Counted from the stretch's first letter, positions 17,899 through 31,926 are shown. The stretch: DNA of 64,000 bases from an uncultured delta proteobacterium (GCA_963766715.1 CAVYBH010000012.1:704001-768000), one strand, 5' to 3'. The notes: generated by a model not told the origin, from the letters alone. Translations and numbers: made by a program.

Positions 17899-18606
17899 CT
17901 ACACCGCGTGCTGGGCGCTGAGCTCCGCCGGGTCGAGCTTGATGCCCGGGCCCATGGTCGTGCTCACGGTGACGGACTTGAGGTACACCCCCTTGGCCGT
18001 CTGGGGACGGGCCTTGAAGATGATCTCCATGATGGCGTTGAAGTTGTCCTTCAGCTTGTCGGGGGTGAAGGACGCCTTCCCGAACGGCACGTGGACGATG
18101 CCCGCCTTCTCGACGCGGAACTCGACCTTGCCGGCCTTCTGCTCCTTGACCGCGCGGGCGACGTCGGCGCTGACCGTGCCCACCTTCGGGTTCGGCATCA
18201 GTCCGCGGGGACCGAGCACCTTTCCGAGGCGGCCCACCACGCCCATCATGTCGGGGGTGGCGATGACCTTGTCGAAGTCCATGAAGCCGCCCTGGATCTT
18301 CTCCGCCAGGTCCTCGGCGCCGACGATGTCGGCCCCGGCCTCGGTGGCCTCGCGGGCCTTGTCGCCCTTGGCGAACACGGCCAGCTTGATGGTCTTGCCC
18401 ATGCCGTGCGGCAGGACCACCGCGCCGCGGACGACCTGGTCGGCGTGCTTCGGGTCGACGCCCAGGTTGATGGCCGCGTCGACCGACTCGTCGAACTTGC
18501 GGACGGCGGTCTTCTTCACGAGCTCCAGCGCGTCGTCGAGCTTGTAGCGCTTGTTGCGGTCCACGTTCTCGACGGCCTTCTTGAACTTCTTTCCGATGTG
18601 AGCCAT
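17899..18606 (-). CDS. rplA: 50S ribosomal protein L1
   Basis: [18 protein letters not shown]. Confidence 0.98.
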   Translation of the reverse strand: MAHIGKKFKKAVENVDRNKRYKLDDALELVKKTAVRKFDESVDAAINLGVDPKHADQVVRGAVVLPHGMGKTIKLAVFAKGDKAREATEAGADIVGAEDLAEKIQGGFMDFDKVIATPDMMGVVGRLGKVLGPRGLMPNPKVGTVSADVARAVKEQKAGKVEFRVEKAGIVHVPFGKASFTPDKLKDNFNAIMEIIFKARPQTAKGVYLKSVTVSTTMGPGIKLDPAELSAQHAV

Positions 18607-18622
18607 TGGCGTGTCTCCCGGC

Positions 18623-19069
18623 CTAACCGACAATCTCGATGCCCATGGACAGGGCGGTGCCCTCGACGGTCCGCATCGCGGCCTCGAGGCTTCCCGCCGT
18701 CATGTCCTGCATCTTCATCTTGGCGATCTGCTCGAGCTGCGCCCGCGACACCTTCCCGACCTGCTCCTTGCCGGGCTTGTGCGCGCCGCTGCCCTTCTTC
18801 TTCTCGGTGTGCAGTCCTGCGGCCTTCTTCAGCAGGATCGACGCCGGAGGCGTCTTCAGGATGAAGCTGAAGGAGCGATCCGCGTAGACCGTGATGATCA
18901 CCGGGATGATGAGCGCTTCCTTCGCCTGCGCCTGCGTGGCCGCGTTGAACTGCTTGCAGAACTCCATGATGTTCACGCCGTGCTGGCCGAGCGCCGGGCC
19001 CACGGGGGGCGCCGGGTTGGCCTTGCCAGCCGGGATCTGCAGCTTGATCTGACCTGTGACCTTCTTCAT
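18623..19069 (-). CDS. rplK: 50S ribosomal protein L11
   Basis: [23 protein letters not shown]. Confidence 0.98.
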   Translation of the reverse strand: MKKVTGQIKLQIPAGKANPAPPVGPALGQHGVNIMEFCKQFNAATQAQAKEALIIPVIITVYADRSFSFILKTPPASILLKKAAGLHTEKKKGSGAHKPGKEQVGKVSRAQLEQIAKMKMQDMTAGSLEAAMRTVEGTALSMGIEIVG

Positions 19070-19168
19070 CTGCCTTCCTTCCGGGCCCGTCTTCCGGGTC
19101 CTGCGTGGTCTTCCGGGTGGCTACCCTTCCACGCGCCGTTTGAACTGCGGGTGACGCGACCTCGACGG

Positions 19169-19708
19169 CTACGTCTTCTCCACCTGCATGAAATCGAGCT
19201 CGACCGGGGTGGCCCGGCCGAAGATGGACACGAGCACGCGGACCTTGCCCTTCTCGGGCTTGACCTCTTCCACGGTGCCGTTGAAGTTCGAGAACGGGCC
19301 GTCGGTCACGCGGACCTGGTCGCCCTCCTCGAACTGGACCTTGGGCTTCGGCTTGAGGGTTCCCTCGGAGATCTGGCTGGTCAGCCGGGCGACCTCCTTG
19401 TCGGAGATGGCCGGGACGTCCTTGGGGATCTTGGCGGCGCCGACGAAGCCGGTGACCTTGGCGGTGCCCTTGACGAGGTGCCAGGTGCGGTCGTCCATCT
19501 CCATCTGCACGAGCACGTAGCCCGGGAAGAACTTCCGCTTGGAGGTCTTCTTCTCGCCCTTGACCATCTCCACGACCTGCTCCATCGGGATGAGGATCTC
19601 CCCGAACGAGTCCTGGAGGTTTTCCTGGCGCACGCGCTCCTCGAGCGACTTCTTCACCTTGTTCTCGAAGCCCGAGTAGGTGTGCACCGCGTACCACTTC
19701 TTGGCCAT
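19169..19708 (-). CDS. nusG: Transcription factor NusG
   Basis: [20 protein letters not shown] motif, [10 protein letters not shown]. Confidence 0.98.
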   Translation of the reverse strand: MAKKWYAVHTYSGFENKVKKSLEERVRQENLQDSFGEILIPMEQVVEMVKGEKKTSKRKFFPGYVLVQMEMDDRTWHLVKGTAKVTGFVGAAKIPKDVPAISDKEVARLTSQISEGTLKPKPKVQFEEGDQVRVTDGPFSNFNGTVEEVKPEKGKVRVLVSIFGRATPVELDFMQVEKT

Positions 19709-19808
19709 TCCGATTCTCCCGACGTCGAGGCACCGCGACCGGTTCCCGTCTTCCGGGTCGCGGCGCCGGGCGCGCCGTGCTCCGGGCGCTTCCGCGCCCG
19801 GCGTGCTG

Positions 19809-20201
19809 CTAGTACACCAGCGAGGAGAGCCGCGACCAGACGAGGTCGAAGATCCCCAGCATGAAGGCGGCCACGAAGGTGAACACCACCACCGCGACCG
19901 TCGAGGCCCGCGTCTCGCGCAGGCTCGGCCAGGAGACGCGCTCCAGCTCCTGCGCGACCTGCATGGAGACCGCGTTCACCCTCGGCGAACGCCAGGCCAG
20001 CACCGCCAGGAGCGCGGCGATGCCGTACCCCAGGATCGTGGTGATGGTCCACTCGTCCCCGAGGAGGGCCGTGTCGTTGAGGCGCGCGTAGGAGAACACG
20101 ATGCCCAGGATCTTCTCGAGGAAGATCCCGACCACCACCGCCGCGAAGAAATAGAAGATCGCGACGATGCGCTTCGACTCGACGCCCGCTCCCTTTTCCA
20201 T
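19809..20201 (-). CDS. secE: Preprotein translocase SecE (3 TM)
   Basis: ELERVSWPS motif; position between tRNA-Trp and nusG. Confidence 0.92.
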   Translation of the reverse strand: MEKGAGVESKRIVAIFYFFAAVVVGIFLEKILGIVFSYARLNDTALLGDEWTITTILGYGIAALLAVLAWRSPRVNAVSMQVAQELERVSWPSLRETRASTVAVVVFTFVAAFMLGIFDLVWSRLSSLVY

Positions 20202-20219
20202 GCTGCCCTTCCGCTGAGC

Positions 20220-20295
20220 TGGCAGGCCAGGAGGGATTCGAACCCCCAACCCGCGGTTTTGGAGACCGCTGCTCTACCGTTCGAGCTACTGGCCT
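20220..20295 (-). tRNA. tRNA-Trp(CCA)
   Basis: Cloverleaf; anticodon arm GCGGT-CTCCAAA-ACCGC; encoded 3' CCA. Confidence 0.97.
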
Positions 20296-20314
20296 TCGAA
20301 ATCCCGGTACAGGA

Positions 20315-20473
20315 CTACTTCGTTTCCTTGTGCGCCGCGTGCTTGCGGCAACGCGGGCAGTACTTGGAACGAGACAGCTTGTCCTGGGTCTTCTTCTTGT
20401 TCTTGGTGGTGCTGTAATTCCGCTCCTTGCAGGTCGTGCACTCGAGCGTGATGATCGTTCTATTGCCGGCCAT
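20315..20473 (-). CDS. rpmG: 50S ribosomal protein L33 (Zn-binding C+ form)
   Basis: Read directly: [52 protein letters not shown] (below the ORF track cutoff). Confidence 0.96.
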   Translation of the reverse strand: MAGNRTIITLECTTCKERNYSTTKNKKKTQDKLSRSKYCPRCRKHAAHKETK

Positions 20474-20485
20474 GGTTCAGCGTCC

Positions 20486-20671
20486 TCACTGGATGACGGC
20501 CCCGGCCATGACCACCGCGATCCCCGAGGGGAACGAGATGGACCCGGTGACGTCCGTGGTGCGGGATTGGAACTGCGAGGCCTCGGAGAGCAAGGCACGG
20601 CCACGGCCGGATCGACCGATGGCCCCCACGATCACGTGGGGCTTCGTGCGCTCGAACTTCTCCTCGACCAT
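20486..20671 (-). pseudogene. tuf: Collapsed EF-Tu (tufB) relic, 61-codon in-frame ORF
   Basis: EKFERTKPHV.VG.IG (N-terminus), QFQSRTTDVTG (domain 3), VIQ* (C-terminus); canonical tufB position. Confidence 0.85.
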
Positions 20672-20676
20672 GATGC

Positions 20677-20752
<76 letters not shown>

Positions 20753-20773
20753 CTTTCTTCCTTTCTAGCGGGT

Positions 20774-20850
<77 letters not shown>

Positions 20851-20869
20851 AACCTCTCTTCTCCTGAAG

Positions 20870-20952
20870 TGGAGGGGGATGGATTCGAACCATCGAAGGC
20901 GTAAGCCGGCAGATTTACAGTCTGCTCCCTTTGGCCGCTCGGGAACCCCTCC
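20870..20952 (-). tRNA. tRNA-Tyr(GTA), CCA not encoded
   Basis: GCAGA-CTGTAAA-TCTGC; long variable arm. Confidence 0.96.
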
Positions 20953-21000
20953 ATGACCTCTTCCAACCTCGAACCACGACGATCGTTGCGACGAGCCAGC

Positions 21001-21076
21001 TGGAGCTGGCGGTGGGATTCGAACCCGCGACCTGCTGCTTACAAGGCAGCTGCTCTGCCAACTGAGCTACGCCAGC
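21001..21076 (-). tRNA. tRNA-Thr(TGT)
   Basis: GCTGC-CTTGTAA-GCAGC; CCA end. Confidence 0.97.
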
Positions 21077-21145
21077 GAATCCCCAGAAGTTTCGGCTCTG
21101 GCCTTCCGGCGCAGGGAACACCTGTCCCTGTCGTCGGAGCGGGTG

Positions 21146-21174
21146 CTTGTACCGGACGTCCCTGGGGTTGTCAA
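21146..21174 (-). promoter_or_regulatory. Sigma70 promoter of the tRNA operon
   Basis: TTGACA-N17-TACAAG followed by a GC-rich discriminator. Confidence 0.65.
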
Positions 21175-21929
21175 GCCGGGATCTTGCCTGTGCTTTCGCC
21201 GCGCTGACGCATCGCTTCATAGATGGCGATGGCCGCCGCGGCCGAGGCGTTGAGGCTGCCCACCCGGCCCGCCATGGGGATGCGCGCGGCGTGGTCGCAG
21301 CTCTTCCGGACGAGCGGGCGAACCCCCTGCCCCTCCCCCCGATGACGAGCGCGATCGGCCCCTTGAGGTCGACCGAGGCGAGGTCCACGTCCCCGTCCGG
21401 GACCGCCGCGACCGTCCAGAGCCCCGCCTCCTTCAGCTCCTCCAGGGTCCGGACGAGGTTCGTGACCCGGGCGATGGGCAGGTGCTCGACCGCACCGGCC
21501 GAGGCCTTCGCGGCCGAAGGGGTCACGGAGGCGGCGCGGTCCCGGGGGAAAGATCACCCCGTGGGCCCCGAGCGCGTGGGCCGAGCGGACCACCGCCCCC
21601 AGGTTGTGCGGGTCCTCGACGCCGTCGAGGAGCACCACGAGCGGCGGCTTCCCCGCCAGCCGGGCGGCCGCGAGGATGTCCTCCACCTCCCGGTACCGGT
21701 AGTCGGCGACCACCGCGACGATGCCCTGGTGCTGCGTGACGCCGGCGAGGCGGTCGAGCTTGGACCTCGGCGCCGTCCGGACCTTGGCGCCGTGACCCCG
21801 CGCGCCTTCCTCCAGCTCGGCGAACGCGCGGGGACAATCGCCGCCCTCGGCCAGCCAGAGCTCGGCGATTCCCTCGCCACCGGCGCGCAGGAGCTCGCGA
21901 ACCGGGTTCATGCCGTAGACGACGCGCAC
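21171..21929 (-). CDS. rlmB: 23S rRNA Gm2251 methyltransferase; two compensating indels (~21550, ~21338)
   Basis: QHQGIVA, LDGVEDPHNLGA; middle KASAGAVEHLPIARVTNL in a shifted frame; GEGQG, SLNAS SPOUT motifs. Confidence 0.92.
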   Translation of the reverse strand: MRVVYGMNPVRELLRAGGEGIAELWLAEGGDCPRAFAELEEGARGHGAKVRTAPRSKLDRLAGVTQHQGIVAVVADYRYREVEDILAAARLAGKPPLVVLLDGVEDPHNLGAVVRSAHALGAHGVIFPPGPRRLRDPFGREGLGRCGRAPAHRPGHEPRPDPGGAEGGGALDGRGGPGRGRGPRLGRPQGADRARHRGEGQGVRPLVRKSCDHAARIPMAGRVGSLNASAAAAIAIYEAMRQRGESTGKIPA

Positions 21930-21936
21930 GCGGGCC

Positions 21937-22362
21937 TCACTTCACTTCGATGGGAACGGTGACGGTCTTCGTCTGGGGCACGCACCAGGCGTCGCTGCAG
22001 ATGGCGAACCGCATCTGCACCACCACCTGCTGCGGACCCTTCGCCCCGGCCGTCACCGGGATCTCGAAGCGGGGGTTCTCGGCGCCGGGGTCCACGGCGT
22101 CGCTGCGCTTCAGCTCGCTCCGTGCGACCCGCAGGCCGGCGGACGGCTCCACCTTGTACTTGAGGGGGAACTCCCGGTTCACGTGGATCCCCTTCTCGAG
22201 GGGCTCGACCGCGACCACGACCTTGCCGGTCTCCCCCACCTTCAGGGAGCGGGAGGAGCCGTCGGTGACGACCTTGTAGGTGCTGGCTGCGTTGGCGCCG
22301 TCGGCGGCCAGGGCCGGGCAGGCCAGGGCGAGGGCCAGGGCGGCGAGCGTGCTGCGAGTCAT
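21937..22362 (-). CDS. Exported protein with DsbD-alpha-like Ig fold (CX4C)
   Basis: Signal peptide MTRSTLAALALALACPALA; HVNREFP; ICSDAWCVP. Confidence 0.6.
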   Translation of the reverse strand: MTRSTLAALALALACPALAADGANAASTYKVVTDGSSRSLKVGETGKVVVAVEPLEKGIHVNREFPLKYKVEPSAGLRVARSELKRSDAVDPGAENPRFEIPVTAGAKGPQQVVVQMRFAICSDAWCVPQTKTVTVPIEVK

Positions 22363-22420
22363 GTGCGCATCCTCCGTTCCGCGGGCGGTATACCAGGGAC
22401 GGGCCGTCCCGCCCCGGGAT

Positions 22421-23353
22421 TCACGCTCGCCCGCGCCGGGGACGACGCGCAGGGCGGCGCTTCCGGGCCACCGGCGGCGCCCCGACCAGCTCGGCCGCGC
22501 GCTCGACGATGGCCCCCGCCACGTCGGCGCCGCAGGCCTCCTCCGCCTCCCGGATCCCCGGCGAGCTGTGCACCTCGAAGACCCGCGGACCGCCCGGCGC
22601 GTCCAGCATGTCGACCGCGCAGACCTCCAGGCCGACCACCCGGGCGGCCGCGACCGCGGCCCGCTCGGCCTCCTCGCCCAGCCGGACGCCCTCGAACCGG
22701 GCGCCCTGCCCGAGGTTGCGCGACAGGCGGCCGACCCGCGGCCGGCGCCGCAGCGCCGCCACGACGTGCCCGCCCACCACGAAGGCCCGCAGGTCCCCGC
22801 CACGTCGGCCCTTCAGGTACTGCTGCACCATGGTGTTCTGCCCGAGGCGAAGGATGGCCTCGAGCGCCGACTCGAGGGCCTGGCGCGTCTCGCAGACGAT
22901 GACCCCGGTCTTCTCGTTGCCCCGCAGGAGCTTCACGAGGACGGGGAGACCGCCCACGTGCTGCACCATGTCCCGCAGCCCGGAGGGCTCGCTCGCCATC
23001 ACCGTCCGGGGGACCTTCACGCCGCTCGCCGAGAGCAGTTGCAGCACGCGCATCTTGTTCCGCGCCAGCCCGATGGCCGGCGCGCCGTTCATGACGGGCA
23101 GGCCGATGAGCTGGAGGTGGTTCACCACCGCGAGCCCGTACTGGCTCACCGAGGGCGCGATGCGCGGGACCACCACGTCGGTGGACGGGAAGTCGCGGCC
23201 GCGATGGAAGATCTCCGGACCGTCCCGGCCCAGGCGCATCTCGACCTGGAGCGGATCGACGATCCGGGCCACGTGACCCCGGGCGCGCGCCGCCTCGACC
23301 ACTCGACGGGTGGTGAAGATCCCGGCCGAGCGGGAGAGGACGGTGAGGTGCAT
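22421..23353 (-). CDS. rimK: RimK-family ATP-grasp glutamate ligase
   Basis: VVVPRI, ARNKMR, DLRAFVVGG, SRNLGQG, AVDML, EVHSSPG. Confidence 0.85.
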   Translation of the reverse strand: MHLTVLSRSAGIFTTRRVVEAARARGHVARIVDPLQVEMRLGRDGPEIFHRGRDFPSTDVVVPRIAPSVSQYGLAVVNHLQLIGLPVMNGAPAIGLARNKMRVLQLLSASGVKVPRTVMASEPSGLRDMVQHVGGLPVLVKLLRGNEKTGVIVCETRQALESALEAILRLGQNTMVQQYLKGRRGGDLRAFVVGGHVVAALRRRPRVGRLSRNLGQGARFEGVRLGEEAERAAVAAARVVGLEVCAVDMLDAPGGPRVFEVHSSPGIREAEEACGADVAGAIVERAAELVGAPPVARKRRPARRPRRGRA

Positions 23354-23409
23354 CGCCGACGAGACTAAAGGGGGGGCGGCCGGATTGCGAGGGAAAGGCG
23401 GAAGACGAA

Positions 23410-23440
23410 GAGGGCCGCCCCGATCCGGGACGGCCCTCCC
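23410..23440 (-). terminator. Hairpin after dnaK
   Basis: GGGCCGTCCCG-GAT-CGGGGCGGCCC followed by CTTCGTCTT. Confidence 0.45.
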
Positions 23441-23466
23441 CTTCCCCGCGCGGCGGCGGGATTCGC

Positions 23467-25365
<1,899 letters not shown>

Positions 25366-25622
25366 TGTGTGAAATCCTCCCGGTTGGAGGACAAGCTAAG
25401 TACGCTTCGGGAGGCGTCAAATGGTCCCGGACATCCTTTTCGGGGGCGAGGCCGGATCGCGCCGGTGCCGGCCCGGCGCCGGCAGGAGGCGCCCGGCGGC
25501 TGGGTGTAGGTGCGTAACCTCCTTCGCACTCCGCCACCCCCGCTACCCGATTTCCGGTCCTTCTATTTGCGCGTCACAGGATGCTCACGTTGATATCGCG
25601 TCATTTTTTCGACGACGCACCG

Positions 25623-25638
25623 TGGCATCGGGATTGCT
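25623..25638 (+). promoter_or_regulatory. Sigma54 promoter
   Basis: TGGCAT-CGGGA-TTGCT, 46 nt before the ATG. Confidence 0.65.
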
Positions 25639-25684
25639 CTCTCAGGGCGTGACTCCGATGTCATACCCTTTCACAGGGGACTCG

Positions 25685-26819
25685 ATGCTCCAGACCGCCA
25701 CCTTGCGCCACTTCCCCGAGCAGACCGCCGTCCTCCTGAACGCCAACGCCAAGCAGGTCAGCCCGCGCGTGCGCGAGACCCTTTCCGGTCTCGTCCCGGC
25801 GGACAACCTCTTCTTTTCCCGGGACCGCGACGACGCCCACCGGATCGCCGATGCCGTGATGTCCCGCGGCTTCGACACCGTGTTCACGGGCGGCGGCGAC
25901 GGCACCTTCGTCTCCTGGGTCAATCACATCCTCGACCGGGCCGAGACCCGGGACGCGCCCGCTCCGCGCTTCGGGATCCTGGCGCTCGGCACCGGCAACG
26001 CCGTCGCCGAGATGGTGGGCGCGGGCCGGCCCGTCGACGACCTCCGCCGCCACGTCTCGGGAGAGGTCATGCCGGGCCGCCGGCTCGACCTGGTCACCTG
26101 CGACGGCCGCCGGACGCCCTTCGCCGGCGTGGGCATCGATGCCGCGGTGCTGAACGACTACAACTGGCTGCGGACCCGGCTGGGCGCGAAGGCCGGCCGG
26201 CTGGCCGCCGGGATGCGTGGGTACAGCCTGGCCATCGCGCTCCGCTCCGCCCCGCGCCAGGTCTTCCAGCGCAAGCCGTCCTACTGCGAGATCCTGAACA
26301 CCGGCGGCGCCGCCTGGCGCCTCGACCCGAACGGCGAGCGGATGGGACGCCCCATCGAGCACGGCGAGCTGCTTGTACGCCGGCCCGTGCATGCTGGCCG
26401 CCGGAAGCACGGTCCCCTACTACGGCTTCAAGCTGCGGGCCTTCCCCTTCGCGGGGCGGCGGCACGGGACGCTCCAGGTTCGCGTGGCGACGCGCATCCC
26501 GGTCCCCTCCCTCATCCTCCACGCGCGCCAGATCTTCAGCGGCGAGTTCTCCCACCCCGGCCTGCTCGACTTCGAGGCCGACCGGGTCGAGATGTCCTTC
26601 GATCGGCCCGTCCCGTACCAGGTGGGCGGCGACGCCGAGGGCTACCGGCAGAAGCTCACGCTGGGGATCGCCCCGCGGAGCGTGGAGCTGCTCGACTTCG
26701 CCGCCGGCGCCGCCTCGCGCCCGCGGCCTAGAGGAAGTAGACCACCCTCGGGTCGGCCTTCAGCGCCTCGTAGATGGCGCGGCGCTGCTCCTCCGACTCG
26801 AGCCGGGCGTCCAGGGTGA
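25685..26819 (+). CDS. Diacylglycerol/lipid kinase family; +1 indel at ~26373; 3' end uncertain (26731 or 26819)
   Basis: LLNANA, GGGDGT, LGTGNA, GVGIDA, PYYG, YQVGGD. Confidence 0.85.
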
Positions 26820-26991
26820 CGGAGAGGTACTTCCCGCCGGAGGACGGCCGGACCGTGGCCTCCCCCAGCGCGACGCCCGGCACCGCCTGCCCCATGACGG
26901 TCCGCACGTGCAGCTCGAAGTCGTCGGCGGAGCTCCCGATGACCTTGAAGGGATAGTCGGTCGGGTAGTCGATGAGCGGCGGGCCGTCCAT
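26728..26991 (-). CDS. YbeD/DUF493 ACT-like protein
   Basis: LIDYPTDYPFKVIG, SSGGKYLSVT, IYEALK..PRV. Confidence 0.88.
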   Translation of the reverse strand: MDGPPLIDYPTDYPFKVIGSSADDFELHVRTVMGQAVPGVALGEATVRPSSGGKYLSVTLDARLESEEQRRAIYEALKADPRVVYFL

Positions 26992-27007
26992 TCCGTTCCT
27001 CCACGGG

Positions 27008-28333
27008 TCAGAGCAGGTTCGCGGCCAGCTCGGCGAGCGGCGAGCGCTCCCCCTTCGACAGGGTCACGTGCCCGGCCAGCTTCTCCTGCTGGAAGCGGTT
27101 CACCACGTGGACGAGGCCGTTGTTGGTCTGGTCGACGTACGGATTGTCGATCTGGTACGGGTCGCCGGTGAGCACGATCTTCGTGCCGTCGCCCACCCGG
27201 GTGATGATGGTCTTCACCTCGTGGGGCGTGAGGTTCTGCGCCTCGTCGACGATCATGAACTGGTTGGGGATGGAGCGCCCGCGGATGTAGGTCAGGGGCT
27301 CGATCTCCAGGATGCCCAGGTCGACCAGCTCGTGGTACCCGCGCCCGAGCTTCTTCTCGGACCGCGACAGGTTCATCAGGTACTCGACGTTGTCGAAGAT
27401 GGGCTGCATCCAGGGGTTGAGCTTCTCCTCCACCGAGCCGGGCAGGTAGCCGATGTCGCGCCCGAGCGGGAAGATCGGGCGGGAGACGAGGAGCTTCTGG
27501 TAGGCCGACTCCTCCATCGTCTTGTGCAGGCCGGCGGCGATGGCGAGCAGCGTCTTCCCCGTGCCCGCCTTGCCCACGATGGTCACGAGACGGATCTCGT
27601 CGTTCAGGAGCAGGTCGAGGGCGAACGACTGCTCCTTGTTGCGCGGGCGGATGCCCCAGGTCCCCTCCTTGGGGAGCTTGATGAGCGGGACGTACGCCTG
27701 GCGCGGCGCGCTGAACTTGCCCACCGCGCTGTGCTGCGGGTTGTCCCGGTCGCGCAGGACCACGAACTCGTTGGGCGGGGGCGCCGGCAGCCCGGGCGGC
27801 AGCGGAACCACCCCCTGGGCGTAGAACTGGTTCACCGCCTCGGACTCGACCACGACCTCGGCGACGCCGCCCCACATCTCGTCGAGGTCGACCCCCTCGG
27901 CGTCGTAGTCCTCGGTGGTGAGCCCCATCGCGTCGGCGCGGATGCGCAGGTTCGTGTCCTTCGACACGAAGACCGTGGGGAGCTCGCGCTCCCGCTGCGA
28001 CACGTCGAGCGCCACCGCCAGGATGCGGTCGTCGGTGGTGGAGTGGCCGTTGCGCAGCTCCGGGGGGAGCTGCCGGTCGGTGAAGAGGACGCGGATGGTG
28101 CCCTTGCCGGGCCCGATGGGGACGCCCTCCTTCAGCCGTCCCTGCGCGCGGTAGTCGTCGAGGAACCTCGCCACGGCGCGCGCGTTCCGGCCCAGGCTGG
28201 AGAGGTCGCGCTTGAAGTTGTCGATCTCCTCGATCACGTAGATCGGGACGACGACGTTGTTGTCGTCGAAGGAGAAGATCGAGCGCGGGTCGTGAAGCAG
28301 GACGTTGGTGTCGAGGATGAAGTTCTTCTTCAA
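27008..28333 (-). CDS. phoH: PIN-PhoH (PhoH2/YlaK-type) ATPase
   Basis: ILDTNVLLHDP (PIN), GKAGTGKT, IRGRS, DEAQN, GDPYQID. Confidence 0.93.
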   Translation of the reverse strand: MKKNFILDTNVLLHDPRSIFSFDDNNVVVPIYVIEEIDNFKRDLSSLGRNARAVARFLDDYRAQGRLKEGVPIGPGKGTIRVLFTDRQLPPELRNGHSTTDDRILAVALDVSQRERELPTVFVSKDTNLRIRADAMGLTTEDYDAEGVDLDEMWGGVAEVVVESEAVNQFYAQGVVPLPPGLPAPPPNEFVVLRDRDNPQHSAVGKFSAPRQAYVPLIKLPKEGTWGIRPRNKEQSFALDLLLNDEIRLVTIVGKAGTGKTLLAIAAGLHKTMEESAYQKLLVSRPIFPLGRDIGYLPGSVEEKLNPWMQPIFDNVEYLMNLSRSEKKLGRGYHELVDLGILEIEPLTYIRGRSIPNQFMIVDEAQNLTPHEVKTIITRVGDGTKIVLTGDPYQIDNPYVDQTNNGLVHVVNRFQQEKLAGHVTLSKGERSPLAELAANLL

Positions 28334-28385
28334 GGTCCCACCGCCCCGGGCGGGGGTCGCTGCCTGGCCCCGGGTGGAACCGAGT

Positions 28386-30662
<2,277 letters not shown>

Positions 30663-30666
<4 letters not shown>

Positions 30667-30956
30667 TTCGCGCCTCCGGGCGGTCGAAGCTCGTAGACCC
30701 GCTCTCCCGGCCGGACGTAGCCCAGGTCCTCGCGGGCGGCCCGCTCGAGCGCCCCCGCGTCACCGGCCAGCGCGCGCGCCTCCCGCCGGAGCCTCAGGTT
30801 CTTCTCGCGGAGCTTGTCGTTCTCCTCCGCGACCCGGCGCACGTCGACGGCGAGCGCGCGGTGCTTGCGCAGGCCGGCCGGATGGAGCGCGGAGGCGGCG
30901 AGCAGCACCACGAGGGTGCCGAGGTAGGCAAAGAGCCATGGTTTCGCGAGCTTCAC
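30663..30956 (-). CDS. ftsB: Cell division protein FtsB/DivIC
   Basis: TM + coiled coil + LERAAREDLGYVRPGE. Confidence 0.9.
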
Positions 30957-31037
30957 GTGCCACGGCCAACCTACCAGGGGCGTCCCAATCGTCCAGAAAT
31001 CGGCCGATACCCGGGCGCCTTGCCCGGGCGGCGCCGG

Positions 31038-31712
31038 TCAGCGCTTCTCGAGCCGCTTCACGAAGATCTCGCCGGCAATCTCGGGGTCGATGGCCACCGT
31101 GGTCTCGCCAATCTCGAGGACGAAGGCCGGCGAGCGCTGGTGGAGCCGGATCTCGCTGCCCGGGACGACGCCCAGGGCCGCCAGGCGATCCATGCGGTCG
31201 TGGAACTTCGGGGCGATGAAGACGATCCGGCCGGTCTCCCCCACCGGGAAGTGCGGCAGGCCGGTCACGAGCGGCCGGACCGTCTTGTGGAAGGCGCCGC
31301 AGCAGTCGCCGGGCGGGATCGACTTCCCGTGCGGGCAGGTCGGCGGGTGGCCGAGGAGCGTGCAGACCGAGTCGGTGGCCTCCGGCGAGAGGATGTGCTC
31401 GAACTCGCAGGCCTGGCTCTCCGCCGCACCGTCCGAGAGGTCGAGCAGGTCGCGGAAGAGCCGCTCGGCGAGCCGGTGGCGCCGGATCACCCCGCGCGCG
31501 CGGGCCTGGCCGGTCTCGGTCAGGGCCACGCGGTCCCCGTCGACGCGGGCGAGCCCCATGTCCTGGAGCTCCCGGAAGTCGCCGGCGCCCGGCGCCGGGG
31601 CGTGGTCGCCGAGCCGCTGCAGGACGTGCGCGACGTCGCTCCGGCCCGACTCACCCTCGGCGAAGATCGCCTCGAGGAGCTCCTCCACCCTTCGCCCGTC
31701 CATGACGTTCAC
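31038..31712 (-). CDS. DtxR/MntR-family protein with C-terminal FeoA domain
   Basis: RRHRLAERL, ACEFEH, PPTCPHGKSIP, RLAALGVVPG (FeoA). Confidence 0.85.
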   Translation of the reverse strand: MNVMDGRRVEELLEAIFAEGESGRSDVAHVLQRLGDHAPAPGAGDFRELQDMGLARVDGDRVALTETGQARARGVIRRHRLAERLFRDLLDLSDGAAESQACEFEHILSPEATDSVCTLLGHPPTCPHGKSIPPGDCCGAFHKTVRPLVTGLPHFPVGETGRIVFIAPKFHDRMDRLAALGVVPGSEIRLHQRSPAFVLEIGETTVAIDPEIAGEIFVKRLEKR

Positions 31713-31924
31713 CGTGTGTTCTCCCTGCGCCGGTCCAGCCAGCCCTTGAGCCGCCCCGCCCATCCGGTCTCCTGCGGGAACGAGTACCCGCAGGAGGGAC
31801 AGCACACCACCCGGCAGCCCTGGGCCAGCGGGCAGCTGGGGCGGCAGCCCTGGCCCTCGGCGTCGAAGGCCTTCCCGCACAGCGGGCACCGCTCCTCTCG
31901 TGGGACCAGCGCGGGCACGTTCAC
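31709..31924 (-). CDS. Small Cys-rich protein in the feo operon
   Basis: CPLC...CRPSCP...C..CCPSC; GGAG RBS; GTG just after the feoB stop. Confidence 0.7.
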   Translation of the reverse strand: MNVPALVPREERCPLCGKAFDAEGQGCRPSCPLAQGCRVVCCPSCGYSFPQETGWAGRLKGWLDRRRENTR

Positions 31925-31926
31925 TC

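Noticed and set aside
20486..20671. tuf relic as a collapsed-repeat misassembly
   Set aside because: Retained pieces carry many substitutions at invariant EF-Tu residues, which a misassembly would not create; read-level confirmation is still advisable.
25366..25560. CIRCE or sigma32 heat-shock element before dnaK
   Set aside because: No TTAGCACTC-N9-GAGTGCTAA; only a weak TTGACG-N16-TAGCTT candidate.
26728..26819. 92-nt convergent overlap of the DAG kinase and ybeD
   Set aside because: Possibly another indel (TAG at 26729-26731 is the natural stop) or ordinary read-on in GC-rich DNA; not interpretable.
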